Assembly (NCBI GenBank): GCA_045536045.1
Contig: JAZSMU010000006.1
Location: forward strand, 3,535-67,534
Reading direction: 5' to 3'
Origin: Candidatus Gastranaerophilales bacterium
Lineage (GTDB): Bacteria; Cyanobacteriota; Vampirovibrionia; Gastranaerophilales; Gastranaerophilaceae
DNA: 64,000 nt
This document shows, piece after piece, positions 9,869 to 19,506 of this stretch. Position numbers and translations under genes: made by a program. The notes beneath the pieces are model-generated. The model saw only the letters and a program-made list of their open reading frames with translations. It made no database searches and was not told the origin of the DNA. Position 1 is the first letter of the stretch, and each line of letters starts with the position of its first letter.

Positions 9869-10444
9869 ATGATGGCAGATAATGAAAATAAAAACTCTTC
9901 AAATCCTTTTGAAGAAAATGTTGAAAATTCAGAAGTAGTTGATGAAACTCCTGAAGTTGAAGAAGCTGTTGAAGCTCAAGAAGACGAGCTTTCAAAAATA
10001 AAAGCTGAATTAGATGAAGTAAATAATAGATATTTAAGGACTTTGGCTGAATTTGATAATTATAGAAAACGCCAAGCACAAGAAAGAGAAAGCCTTTTAA
10101 AATATGGTGCTTCTGAAACTTTGAAAAAGCTCTTGCCTGTTTTGGATAACATTGAAAGAGCAAGAAAATCTTTTGAAACAACAGAAGATAAAGAAATGAT
10201 AATTGGTGGTTTTGAAGTTATAGTTAAAAATTTGCTAGATGTTCTAACTAAATGTGGATTAGAAAAAATTGAAGCAGTTGATAAAGAGTTTGACCCAAAT
10301 TTCCATGAAGCAGTTAGCCAAACTCCTACTGATGAAAAACCTGAAAACACTGTTGTTTCAGAGCTTCAAGCTGGATATAAAATGGGAGATGTTGTTCTTC
10401 GCCCAACCTATGTTACTGTTGCAGTTAAACCAAGTGAGGGTTAG
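9869..10444 (+). CDS. grpE: Nucleotide exchange factor GrpE
   Basis: Contains GrpE-like RTLAEFDNYRKR...LLPVLDNIERA...GYKMGDVVLRPTYVTV. I moved the start from TTG 9839 to ATG 9869, which has an SD 6 nt upstream. Confidence 0.93.
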   Translation: MMADNENKNSSNPFEENVENSEVVDETPEVEEAVEAQEDELSKIKAELDEVNNRYLRTLAEFDNYRKRQAQERESLLKYGASETLKKLLPVLDNIERARKSFETTEDKEMIIGGFEVIVKNLLDVLTKCGLEKIEAVDKEFDPNFHEAVSQTPTDEKPENTVVSELQAGYKMGDVVLRPTYVTVAVKPSEG

Positions 10445-11584
10445 ATGGACTATTATGAATTGCTGGGAGTAGAAAGAAACGCATCTGAAGATGAGATTAA
10501 AAAAGCTTTTAGACAAAAAGCTAGAAAACTTCATCCAGATGTTAATAAAGCACCAGACGCTGAAGAAAAATTTAAAGAATTAGGTAAGGCTTATGAAGTT
10601 TTATCTGACCAAAATAAAAGAGCAATGTATGACCAATATGGCGAAGATGGGCTAAATAATGCAGGTTATAGTCATGGTCCATTTGATTTTGGTTTTGGCG
10701 ATATTTCAGATATTTTTTCGCAATTTTTTGGTGGTGGCATGGAATTTTCTGGAGGATTTTCTTCCCGTCATTCTAACCCAAATGCTCCTCAAAGAGGCGA
10801 AGATTTAAGATTAGATATTGAAATTTCTTTTGAAGAAGCAGTTTTTGGAGTTGAAAAAGAAATCAAAATTGACCACCTTGAATATTGCGAAGAATGTGGC
10901 TCATCTGGTGTTGATAAAAATGCAAAAGAAACAGTTTGCCCAACTTGTGGAGGTAGGGGCAAAGTTCAACAAAGCACACAAACAATTTTAGGCTCATTTA
11001 CATCAGTTAGTGTTTGCCCAGCATGCCACGGAACAGGCGTTAATCCTTCTAGTTATTGTAGAAAATGCTCTGGAAGAGGCTTAGTTAAAAAAGAAAAAAC
11101 AATCAAAGTTAAAATCCCTAAAGGAGTTGACACTGGTTCAAAAATAAGACTAACTGGCGAAGGAAATTTTGGTAAAAACAAAGGACCTGCTGGCGATTTA
11201 TACATTGTTTTGCATGTAAAATCTTCAAAATATTTTACAAGAGATGGGTTCCATATTCTTTCAGATTTGCAGATTGAACATTCTCAAGCAGTTTTAGGTG
11301 ATAGTGTTATTATTAAAACTCTTGAAGGCGACAAAGAAATTAAAATTCCAGCTGGTATTCAAAGTGGCGAAAGCATTACACTTAAAGACTTTGGCGTTCC
11401 TGTTTTGGGAAGAAATGGTCAAAGAGGTAATCACTATGTTACAATTACTGTTGTAACGCCAGAAAAACTTTCAAAAGAAGAAAAAAGGCTATATGAAGAG
11501 TTATACAAGCTTCAAAAAAATAGGTTTGAGAATAGCGAAGAGAGTTTAATTGAGAAATTAAAAGGTCAATTTGCTCAAAGATAA
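10445..11584 (+). CDS. dnaJ: Canonical chaperone DnaJ
   Basis: A J domain with HPD, a G/F region and four CxxCxGxG motifs are present ([32 protein letters not shown]). Confidence 0.96.
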   Translation: MDYYELLGVERNASEDEIKKAFRQKARKLHPDVNKAPDAEEKFKELGKAYEVLSDQNKRAMYDQYGEDGLNNAGYSHGPFDFGFGDISDIFSQFFGGGMEFSGGFSSRHSNPNAPQRGEDLRLDIEISFEEAVFGVEKEIKIDHLEYCEECGSSGVDKNAKETVCPTCGGRGKVQQSTQTILGSFTSVSVCPACHGTGVNPSSYCRKCSGRGLVKKEKTIKVKIPKGVDTGSKIRLTGEGNFGKNKGPAGDLYIVLHVKSSKYFTRDGFHILSDLQIEHSQAVLGDSVIIKTLEGDKEIKIPAGIQSGESITLKDFGVPVLGRNGQRGNHYVTITVVTPEKLSKEEKRLYEELYKLQKNRFENSEESLIEKLKGQFAQR

Positions 11585-11593
11585 GGAAGATAA

Positions 11594-13039
11594 ATGTTTA
11601 AGAGATTTCTTTCAGTTTTAACAGTTTTGTTTGTGTGTGTAGGAAGTGCTATGGCAACAAATTTGCCAAATGACCTTTGGGATTATATTCAAAAATCTTT
11701 TCCAGATGCAAAACAAAGGTTTGATTCAGTTGTTGAATTAAAGAATGGAAATCTTTATATTCCACTTGCACCAGCTATTTTAGAACAAGTTGAAAATATT
11801 GAAATTGAGTGGACATATCCTAAAACTACAACTCTAAAATCAAAACCTGAAGTTGTTGTTTTTAACAATAACTATGTTTTATTAAAGGCATTTAAAACTA
11901 AAGAAGGCAATTGGTCTTTGACTCAAAATGAAAATCTTCCATTCAAAGTTCGTTTGGGTATCATGCCTCAAGATATGCTTGTTCCTATTGGGCTTCAAGT
12001 TCCTGAAAGTTTAAAAGTTGTTTTGGGTGATTTAGTTGTTCCTAATAAGAGTGATGTTTCAATTGAATTAGATGAAAGTGATTTATCCTCTGATAAAGAT
12101 AAAAAAACTGCCCAAAGAAGAAATATGGTTAGAAGTGTTAAGCCAATTCCTGAGTTAAAGAACAAAAAAATGTTTGTTTCAAACTATGATTCAAAATTTA
12201 TCTCTGTATATGACCTAGACAAATCAGACGCTTTGTATGAATTAAAATTAAATGGCTTGCCATATAAAATAATTTCTTCAAATTCTTCAAAATTTGCACT
12301 TGTAGCTTATTTTGGTGGCAAAGATGTTGAAGTTATTGACCTTAAAAATGAGAGAATTGTTTCAACAATTTCGTTTAATTCAATTCCAAAAGATATTGTT
12401 TTAGATGAAGAGAAAAACCTTGCCTATATTGCACTTCCAAATTCAAACTTAATTAGTGTTGTTGATATGAATAGTGCAAAATTGGTTAAAGAAATTAAAG
12501 TTTCTCAAGCTCCAGACAAACTTTTCTTGTCTGATAATGGCGAATTTTTGGTTTTCATTGACAACAAAGGGCAAAAATTATACAAACTTGAATTTGGCGA
12601 AGAATATGTTTCTCGTTATATTGCAGACTTAATTAATCCAAGCAAAGTTGTAATTTATGGAAATTCTGTTTTTGTAACATCAAGAACAGAAAATAAAATT
12701 ACAAAATATTCTTTAGAAAATGGCGAAAGAGAAGCTGAGGCTCTGCTTCATCAAAAGCCAATTGATGCTATTTTAAGTGGAGATAAAATTTTTATTCTTT
12801 GTGCAGCATCAAGTGTTTTAGATGTTTATGACATTTCTAAAAACAAAATTGTTCAAGAAATTAGACTTCCTCAAGGTGGATTTTATTCAAAAATAAACAA
12901 AATTTCAAATATGGAAAATGTCATTATTACGGGCATTAAGGTTGATAAATTTATATTTTTTGATTTAGCTAATGCAAAAATTATTAAAGAACAACCATTT
13001 TTGTTTGATGTAGGCAATGTTGTTGTGGTTGACAAATAA
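11594..13039 (+). CDS. Secreted beta-propeller repeat protein (YVTN/YncE-like C-terminal half)
   Basis: A signal peptide is present (MFKRFLSVLTVLFVCVGSAMA). The C-terminal half has repeated ~40-aa units of the type ..ISVYDL/..VEVIDL/..ISVVDM/..LDVYDI. Confidence 0.7.
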   Translation: MFKRFLSVLTVLFVCVGSAMATNLPNDLWDYIQKSFPDAKQRFDSVVELKNGNLYIPLAPAILEQVENIEIEWTYPKTTTLKSKPEVVVFNNNYVLLKAFKTKEGNWSLTQNENLPFKVRLGIMPQDMLVPIGLQVPESLKVVLGDLVVPNKSDVSIELDESDLSSDKDKKTAQRRNMVRSVKPIPELKNKKMFVSNYDSKFISVYDLDKSDALYELKLNGLPYKIISSNSSKFALVAYFGGKDVEVIDLKNERIVSTISFNSIPKDIVLDEEKNLAYIALPNSNLISVVDMNSAKLVKEIKVSQAPDKLFLSDNGEFLVFIDNKGQKLYKLEFGEEYVSRYIADLINPSKVVIYGNSVFVTSRTENKITKYSLENGEREAEALLHQKPIDAILSGDKIFILCAASSVLDVYDISKNKIVQEIRLPQGGFYSKINKISNMENVIITGIKVDKFIFFDLANAKIIKEQPFLFDVGNVVVVDK

Positions 13040-13638
13040 TGGAAGAAATTAGCATTTTACAATTTAGCGAACAAGCACAAGAAGTTCTAATTTCTCTTGA
13101 AGCAACTCAACATGAGTTTTGGAATATTGACAGAAAAACTGCAAATTATTTGTATAATTTTATTCTTAACAACAACATTAAAAACGCAATAGAAATCGGC
13201 ACTTCAAATGGTTATAGTGGAATTTGGCAAGCAAGTGCAATTAAAAAAAATGGTGGAAAATTTTCAACAATTGAATTTTGGGATAAAAGACAATCTGTTG
13301 CAATTGAGAATTTCAAAATTTGCAACTGCAATGATGTAATTACAACATATCTTGGTTCTGCATTTCCAATTCTTGAAGAAATCAATATTAAAGTTAATAA
13401 TGGCGAGCTTGAAAAATTTGATTACGCCTTTATTGATGCAAATAAAAAAGAATACATTGAATATTTCAAACTTTTAGACCCCATTTTGGTTTCTGGTGGA
13501 TACATTTTTGCCGATAATATGCTTTCTCACAAAGAAAAAGTTCAACCATTTTTAGATGCAATTTCATCTAATGAAAACTACGAAATTCTGCTAATGGAAA
13601 TGGGAACAGGTGTCCTTAAGGCTAGGAAGAAAAATTAA
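13039..13638 (+). CDS. Class I SAM-dependent O-methyltransferase (family 3, caffeoyl-CoA OMT-like)
   Basis: Contains EIGTSNGYSGIW (SAM motif I), FIDANKKEY and ADNML. The start overlaps the upstream stop (ATAATG). Confidence 0.8.
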   Translation: MEEISILQFSEQAQEVLISLEATQHEFWNIDRKTANYLYNFILNNNIKNAIEIGTSNGYSGIWQASAIKKNGGKFSTIEFWDKRQSVAIENFKICNCNDVITTYLGSAFPILEEINIKVNNGELEKFDYAFIDANKKEYIEYFKLLDPILVSGGYIFADNMLSHKEKVQPFLDAISSNENYEILLMEMGTGVLKARKKN

Positions 13639-13668
13639 TAATTGAGATAAGAATTATTTTGCTGTTCT

Positions 13669-13677
13669 TGCTATAAT
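13669..13677 (+). promoter_or_regulatory. Extended -10 element TGcTATAAT, 6 nt upstream of ATG 13684 (leaderless-mRNA geometry)
   Basis: The sequence ttGcTATAATacttctATG was read directly. There is no SD-like purine run before the ATG. Confidence 0.4.
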
Positions 13678-13683
13678 ACTTCT

Positions 13684-14517
13684 ATGAAGAATTTGATTTT
13701 AATATTCTTTTTTATAATTTTAGGCTTTGCACCCGTCTTTGCTAATGTGCAAATTGATAATGAAATTGCTAATATTGAGCTTACTTTGTATGGTTTTGAT
13801 TACAAGAAAGAATCTGAAGCTGATAGGCTTAATAGAATTGAAAAAACTATTTTTGGTAGTGTAAATTCTAAAATTTCTTCAGAACAAAGAATAGATAAAA
13901 TTAAGTCTGCACTTGGTTTAGAGGTTAAAAAAGAAACCGAAAAAACTATGGCAGAATTACAAAAAATTGAAGCAGATGAAATTGCAAAAAATGCTTCAAT
14001 AAATTATCCTGTTATAGATTCTTTAGAAGAAGAATTTTTGAAAAAACAACACAAACAAGAAAGTATTTATAAAAGAGTTGAAAGATTAGAAAAAACTGTT
14101 TTTGGTGCAGTTCAATCTGGAGATTTAGATGCCAGAGTTGAGAAACTTAAAGCCTCATCAACCTATACTGTTTCTGGTGGCAGTATAAATCCTCAATTTT
14201 TCAAAAAGAAAGATAAAGATTTCTACACTTCAAATTATGATGATTATTTAATTCAAATTGCAGGTCTTGAAACTTCTTTATTTGGCAAAACATTTTCTCA
14301 AGACCCATTAGAGCTTAGATTAAACCGTTTAGAGAGAAAAATTTTTCAAAGAGATTTTTCTTCAGATAGCGAATATTTGAGGCTTCAAAGGCTTCAGGCT
14401 GCAAGTTTGGCTAAAAAAACTTCCAAATATTACGATTCAAATAAGTTAAATAAATACTCATCTACAGGAATGCAATTTGCCTCATTTATCTTAATGTTGT
14501 TGGCATTTATTCTCTAA
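13684..14517 (+). CDS. Secreted, C-terminally membrane-anchored repeat protein of unknown function
   Basis: It has an N-terminal signal peptide and a C-terminal hydrophobic helix (FASFILMLLAFIL). At least four copies of h-x-R-[IL]-E-[KR]-x-[IV]-F-[GQ] occur (LNRIEKTIFG, VERLEKTVFG, IAGLETSLFG, LNRLERKIFQ). Confidence 0.75.
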   Translation: MKNLILIFFFIILGFAPVFANVQIDNEIANIELTLYGFDYKKESEADRLNRIEKTIFGSVNSKISSEQRIDKIKSALGLEVKKETEKTMAELQKIEADEIAKNASINYPVIDSLEEEFLKKQHKQESIYKRVERLEKTVFGAVQSGDLDARVEKLKASSTYTVSGGSINPQFFKKKDKDFYTSNYDDYLIQIAGLETSLFGKTFSQDPLELRLNRLERKIFQRDFSSDSEYLRLQRLQAASLAKKTSKYYDSNKLNKYSSTGMQFASFILMLLAFIL

Positions 14518-14558
14518 ATTTGGTAAAATCTACTTAAATATATTTCGGAGTTTATTTT

Positions 14559-16790
14559 ATGCAAAATTTAGAAAAAATGTTGTTTGATTCAGTTGAAGCA
14601 AATACGCCAGAAAAAATTAAAAATAATAATTTTTTTGATATAAAAAATGAAAATGAATTTGAGTTTTCCCTAACTAAAGAAATTATTGATGAGTATAACC
14701 TTTGGGATTGGTTCAAAAATTATAAAAAAGAAGCTCAAGTTTCAACAGCTGGTATTCGTGGTGCTCAAAATGTTTTATACCCACACGATACTCGTTTTCC
14801 AATAAACACACTTGGAATTACTTTGGCAACTTTGGCTAAAGCTCTTGTTTTATTAGAAAAATATCCAAATGACGACATCATTAAGCTTGTTGGAAGAGAG
14901 GTTCGCTATAACTCTCCTTTGTTTTTAGATATTATTTCAAGAATTCAAGCTGGAGTTGGTGTTAAAACTTTAATTCCTGTAAACAAAGAAACAATTCCAA
15001 TTTGGCTTGCTTCATTTTTAGCTTTTAAGTTGGATTTATTGGGTGGTGAATATATCACAAGCTCACATGGAATTAGCGTTAAAAATGCTACAAAAGACTT
15101 AAATAATCAAGGTTCTCAATTTTTGCCAGATGAGAGCATGGAATTTGTTAACAAAATGGAAGAAATTTTAAATTTTGCAGTTCAAAATGGCGAATATAAA
15201 ATCAAATTTTCTGCTGTTAATGACAAAAATTTAAACTTTGAAATTTTTGAAAAATTAGAAAATGGCATTAATCTTTATGTTGAATATTTAAAATCTGGCG
15301 TTGCAAGTGGTAACAATATTGCTTCAATTAAAAATTATTCAGACAAAATTATAATTGATTCTGTTGGTGGCTCTTGCTACAAAACACTTTCAAAAATATT
15401 AGATAAACTAAATATCTCAGAAAAATTTGTTTGGTTTAATACAAAAGAAGACCCATTTTTCCACTCAATTGGAAAAGACATTAAAAAAGATAAAGACGGG
15501 AATGATGTTTTCTATGATTGGAGTTTAGATATTGGAGTTATTTCAACTGATAAGGCTGGTAATAATTATTTTCCTGTAATTAAAACTCTAAACTATGAAG
15601 AAAAATTGAAAGATTATAAGGCAGGAACTGTTGTTTTAGTTACAGACCCAGACCACGATAGGCTTTCTGTTTTGCAAATTGATAAAAAAGAAGATGAAGA
15701 AAAAATTAAAGCACTTGGAATTGATACTTATCCATTATCAGAAGATAAAATCTTATCTATTTATAGTGCCAACCAAGCATTTTTAATGATTATGGATTTT
15801 TGGGCAAAATCACTTAAAGCTTCTGGTGAGTTTGATAAACATACAAGATTTATAGTTAAAACAACCCCATCTTCTCGTTCTTGGGATGAGTGGGCAAATG
15901 CGAACGGAATTAAGGTAATCAACACTCCTGTTGGCTTTAAAGAAATTGCAAATGTAATCAAAAAAATTGAAAAACAAATTGAAGATGGTGTTTCAGATAT
16001 TGAAATTACTGATATTTATGGTCAAACAATAAAGCTTGGCTCAAATCCTAGAATGATTTTTGGTGGAGAAGAATCTGGTGGAATGATTTTAGGTGCAGGC
16101 GAGCTTATAACTTCAATTTCTGAAAGAAAAGCTCTTGCTATGAGAGAAAAAAGTGCATCTGAAGCAATTATAATTTCATCAGCTTTAGTTGCAAATTTAG
16201 ATTATCCACTATGGCAAAATCTAAAAAATATTCATGAGGAAAATAAAATTATTTCAAAATTTGACGCAAGAGAAGATATTTCATACTATAACGAATCTGA
16301 GCCAAATATTGAAAAACTAAAAGAAGCTAAAAAGGCTGGAGAAGAATTAAGAACAAAAAATGACAATTTCTTCTTATCTTTAGCAATAGCTCTAGAAGGC
16401 AATAAAATCACGCTAGATAATGCTAAAGAAATTTTATCTTCAACATTTGTTGATTTAAGTTTTGATAATTTAAACAAAATTTTCTTTGTTGGAGATGGAA
16501 CCTATATGAATTTTGATAATAAATTTATTGAAATTCGTCCATCTGGAACAGATGCTAAAACAAAAGCTTATGCAGGTGGAGAAGATAGGGCAGAGCTTCA
16601 AAAATACTCCAAAACTTTGGGTAATTATTCAGGCGAAATGAATGAAGTTTATAAAAAATATTTAGACGATAGCTTTTTGCTTTTAGTTCGCACAATTGCA
16701 CAAGGAAAATATCAAATCTTTACAGACAAAAATAAAGATACAAGAGAATTTACCCCTGTATCTTTAGAATTTTTAAATAAAAACATATAA
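14559..16790 (+). CDS. Divergent, unusually long alpha-D-phosphohexomutase-family protein (PGM/PMM-like)
   Basis: All four family loops are recognisable: ITSSHGIS (canonical TASHNP), TDPDHDR (DGDGDR), GGEESGG and RPSGTDAKTKAY. The protein is 743 aa. Confidence 0.75.
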   Translation: MQNLEKMLFDSVEANTPEKIKNNNFFDIKNENEFEFSLTKEIIDEYNLWDWFKNYKKEAQVSTAGIRGAQNVLYPHDTRFPINTLGITLATLAKALVLLEKYPNDDIIKLVGREVRYNSPLFLDIISRIQAGVGVKTLIPVNKETIPIWLASFLAFKLDLLGGEYITSSHGISVKNATKDLNNQGSQFLPDESMEFVNKMEEILNFAVQNGEYKIKFSAVNDKNLNFEIFEKLENGINLYVEYLKSGVASGNNIASIKNYSDKIIIDSVGGSCYKTLSKILDKLNISEKFVWFNTKEDPFFHSIGKDIKKDKDGNDVFYDWSLDIGVISTDKAGNNYFPVIKTLNYEEKLKDYKAGTVVLVTDPDHDRLSVLQIDKKEDEEKIKALGIDTYPLSEDKILSIYSANQAFLMIMDFWAKSLKASGEFDKHTRFIVKTTPSSRSWDEWANANGIKVINTPVGFKEIANVIKKIEKQIEDGVSDIEITDIYGQTIKLGSNPRMIFGGEESGGMILGAGELITSISERKALAMREKSASEAIIISSALVANLDYPLWQNLKNIHEENKIISKFDAREDISYYNESEPNIEKLKEAKKAGEELRTKNDNFFLSLAIALEGNKITLDNAKEILSSTFVDLSFDNLNKIFFVGDGTYMNFDNKFIEIRPSGTDAKTKAYAGGEDRAELQKYSKTLGNYSGEMNEVYKKYLDDSFLLLVRTIAQGKYQIFTDKNKDTREFTPVSLEFLNKNI

Positions 16791-16791
16791 A

Positions 16792-17115
16792 TTACATATG
16801 TTTTTGGATATTTGAAACTATGGTTGATTTAGGCATTAAGCCAACCATAATTTCTTTTGCTTCTCCACCTTTGAAAACCAAAAGGCTTGGAAGACCAGAA
16901 ATTTGATATTCTCTAGCAATTTTAAGGTTTTCATCTGTGTTAACTTTAACAACCTTAACATCTTCGCCCATTTCAGTTGCGATTTCATCTAAAACAGGAC
17001 CTAGTTTTCTGCATGGTCCACACCATGGCGCCCAAAAATCAACCAATACAACACCTTGTGCGTTTAAAACTTCTGCTTCAAATGAAAGCTCATTTACATC
17101 TTTAGCACTGCTCAT
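16792..17115 (-). CDS. trxA: Thioredoxin
   Basis: WCGPC active site. I moved the start to ATG 17115 (MSSAKDV...), which has AGGAG 6 nt upstream. The longer track ORF to 17214 has no support. Confidence 0.93.
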   Translation of the reverse strand: MSSAKDVNELSFEAEVLNAQGVVLVDFWAPWCGPCRKLGPVLDEIATEMGEDVKVVKVNTDENLKIAREYQISGLPSLLVFKGGEAKEIMVGLMPKSTIVSNIQKHM

Positions 17116-17148
17116 TATAATCTCCTCATTAGCTAACATTATTTGTAT

Positions 17149-17154
17149 TATAAT
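17149..17154 (+). promoter_or_regulatory. -10 box TATAAT, 7 nt upstream of the nth ATG (leaderless geometry)
   Basis: Reads tataat-tttaact-ATG(17162) with no SD. The -35 is poor. Confidence 0.3.
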
Positions 17155-17161
17155 TTTAACT

Positions 17162-17812
17162 ATGGATTTTGACAAGTTGGTTAAAAGTTTAATAAAAGAT
17201 TTTAAAACGGGCAAAGTTCAAAGAACTGAATTTGTCCTTTTTATGGAAGAAGTTGAAAGTCCTTTTATTGCTCTAATTTCAACAATACTAAGCCTTAGAA
17301 CAAACGACAAAACAACAATTGGGGCAACAAAAAGAATGCTTGAATTGGGTAAAACTCCAGAAGATTTTGCAAAATTAGATGTTGAAACTTTGGCTGGTGC
17401 AATTTATCCTGTTGGTTTTTATAAAAATAAGGCTGAGCAAATAATTGAGTTGTCCAAAATTTTGGTTGAAAAATACAATTCAATTGTTCCAGATGAAATT
17501 GAGGAATTGACTAAATTCAAAGGAGTTGGAAGAAAAACAGCAAATCTTGTTCTTGCAAAAGGGTTTAATAAACCAGCAATTTGTGTTGATGTTCATGTTC
17601 ATAGAATTTGCAACAGATTAGGAATTTTAAAAACAAATTTGCCAGATGACACAGAAATGGAGCTTAGGAAAATTTTGCCCAAAAAATATTGGCTTGATTT
17701 TAACACTCTTTTAGTAACGCACGGGCAAAATATTTGCACACCACGTAATCCAAAATGCGAAAAGTGTTCAATTTCAAACCTTTGTGCTTCAAATTCAAGC
17801 AAAAACGCTTAA
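17162..17812 (+). CDS. nth: Endonuclease III (DNA glycosylase/AP lyase)
   Basis: An HhH-GPD element (FKGVGRKTANLVL) and a 4Fe-4S loop (CTPRNPKCEKCSISNLC) are present. The start is set at ATG 17162, because the track ORF's first 75 codons are antisense to trxA. Confidence 0.9.
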   Translation: MDFDKLVKSLIKDFKTGKVQRTEFVLFMEEVESPFIALISTILSLRTNDKTTIGATKRMLELGKTPEDFAKLDVETLAGAIYPVGFYKNKAEQIIELSKILVEKYNSIVPDEIEELTKFKGVGRKTANLVLAKGFNKPAICVDVHVHRICNRLGILKTNLPDDTEMELRKILPKKYWLDFNTLLVTHGQNICTPRNPKCEKCSISNLCASNSSKNA

Positions 17813-17850
17813 TTTGTTGTATAATATTTTTGATTTTAGTGAGGTAAATT

Positions 17851-19506
17851 ATGAGAAGCGACAATGTTAAAGAGGGGATAAATAAAGCTCCACATAGGTC
17901 ATTATTATATGCAACTGGGGTTAGCCCAAAAAATATTAAAAAGCCATTTATTGGAATTGCTAGCTCTTTTTCAGACCTTGTTCCTGGTCATTCTGGAATG
18001 AGAGATTTGGAACGTGCCATTGAAAAAGGGATTCACTCTGGTGGTGGGCAAAGTTTCATTTTCGGAACTCCAGCTGTGTGCGACGGTATTGCAATGGGTC
18101 ATGAGGGCATGAAATATTCGCTTCCAAGCCGTGATTTAATTGCAGATTGTGTTGAAACTGTTGCTATGGCACATCAACTAGATGGTCTTGTTCTTTTAAC
18201 AAACTGCGACAAAATTACTCCAGGAATGTTAATTGCTGCCTTAAGATTAAATATCCCAACAATTGTTGTAACAGCAGGTCCTAGCCTAGATGGTTATTGT
18301 AAAGGAGATGATTTAACATTTATCAGAGGTTCTTTTGAAGCAATTGGCAAATTAAGGGCAGGAGAAATTACTGAAGAAAAATTATATGAATATGAACAAA
18401 ATTGTTGCCCAACTTGTGGCTCTTGCCAAGGTTTATACACAGCAAACACTATGGCAGTTTTAACAGAAACAATGGGAATGAGCCTAATAGGTTGTGCTGC
18501 AGCAAGTGCTGTTAGTGCTAAAAAACGCAGAATTGCCTTTGAATCTGGCTTAAGAATTGTTGATTTAGTTAAAGAAAACATCTTGCCAAAGGATATAATC
18601 ACAAAAGATGCAATAAGAAACGCAATTGTTATGGATTTAGCTTTAGGTGGAAGCACAAACTCAATTCTTCATCTTCTTGCAATAGCTTCAACTGCAGAAG
18701 TTGATATAACTCTTGATGATTTTGAAGAATTAAGCAAAAAAATTCCTCAAATAATAAAACTTGACCCATCTGCACTACTCACCATGACAGATTTTGAAAA
18801 AGCAGGTGGTGTTGCTGGGGCTATGAAAACAATCTATGGTGCAACTCCAGAATTTAAAGATTTAAACACGCTATCAGGTGTTACAATTTCAGAAATTGCA
18901 AAATCTTCTTATGTCAATAATGAAGTAATTCATACTTTAGACAACCCAATTACAAAATCTGCAGGACTTGCAATTTTGTATGGTAACTTGGCTCCAGAAG
19001 GTGCAGCACTTAAAACAAGTGGTGTTCATCCAGATTGCTTCAAATTTAAAGGCAAGGCAATTTGCTTTAATAGCGAAGAAGCCGCAATGAAAGGCATTGA
19101 AGATGACACAGTTAAAGCAGGTCATGTTGTTGTTATTCGCTATGAAGGTCCAAAAGGTGGACCAGGAATGAGAGAAATGCTTGCTCCAACTTCACTTTTA
19201 ATGGGTAAAGGCTTAGGAAAAGATGTTGCTCTTATTACAGACGGCAGATTTTCTGGTGGAACAAGAGGCTTATGTATTGGGCACATTTGCCCAGAAGCTC
19301 CTCATGGTGGCTTAATTGGGCTTGTTGAAGATGGAGATGAAATTGAAATTGATGTTGATAACAGGTCTTTAAATCTTTTGGTTTCAGAAGATGTTATAGC
19401 ACAAAGAAGAGCAAATTTTGTTCCATTTGAGAAAAAAGCACCAAAAGGCTATCTTGCAAAATATGCAAAAGCTGTTTCAAGTGCCAATAAAGGAGCAACA
19501 ACATAA
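17851..19506 (+). CDS. ilvD: Dihydroxy-acid dehydratase
   Basis: Full-length IlvD/Edd family match by eye (..NCDKITPGM.., ..CPTCGSCQG.., ..[12 protein letters not shown]..). Confidence 0.96.
   Translation: MRSDNVKEGINKAPHRSLLYATGVSPKNIKKPFIGIASSFSDLVPGHSGMRDLERAIEKGIHSGGGQSFIFGTPAVCDGIAMGHEGMKYSLPSRDLIADCVETVAMAHQLDGLVLLTNCDKITPGMLIAALRLNIPTIVVTAGPSLDGYCKGDDLTFIRGSFEAIGKLRAGEITEEKLYEYEQNCCPTCGSCQGLYTANTMAVLTETMGMSLIGCAAASAVSAKKRRIAFESGLRIVDLVKENILPKDIITKDAIRNAIVMDLALGGSTNSILHLLAIASTAEVDITLDDFEELSKKIPQIIKLDPSALLTMTDFEKAGGVAGAMKTIYGATPEFKDLNTLSGVTISEIAKSSYVNNEVIHTLDNPITKSAGLAILYGNLAPEGAALKTSGVHPDCFKFKGKAICFNSEEAAMKGIEDDTVKAGHVVVIRYEGPKGGPGMREMLAPTSLLMGKGLGKDVALITDGRFSGGTRGLCIGHICPEAPHGGLIGLVEDGDEIEIDVDNRSLNLLVSEDVIAQRRANFVPFEKKAPKGYLAKYAKAVSSANKGATT

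Noticed and set aside
9828-10472. ORFs 9828-10181(-), 10060-10350(-) and 10269-10472(+)
   Set aside because: They lie entirely within grpE, whose frame has clear family motifs. They are shadow ORFs.
16937-17161. The N-terminal 75 codons of the track ORF 16937-17812
   Set aside because: This part is antisense to trxA and has no endonuclease III similarity. The real nth start is ATG 17162. The trxA ORF extension 17116-17214 is rejected for the same reason.
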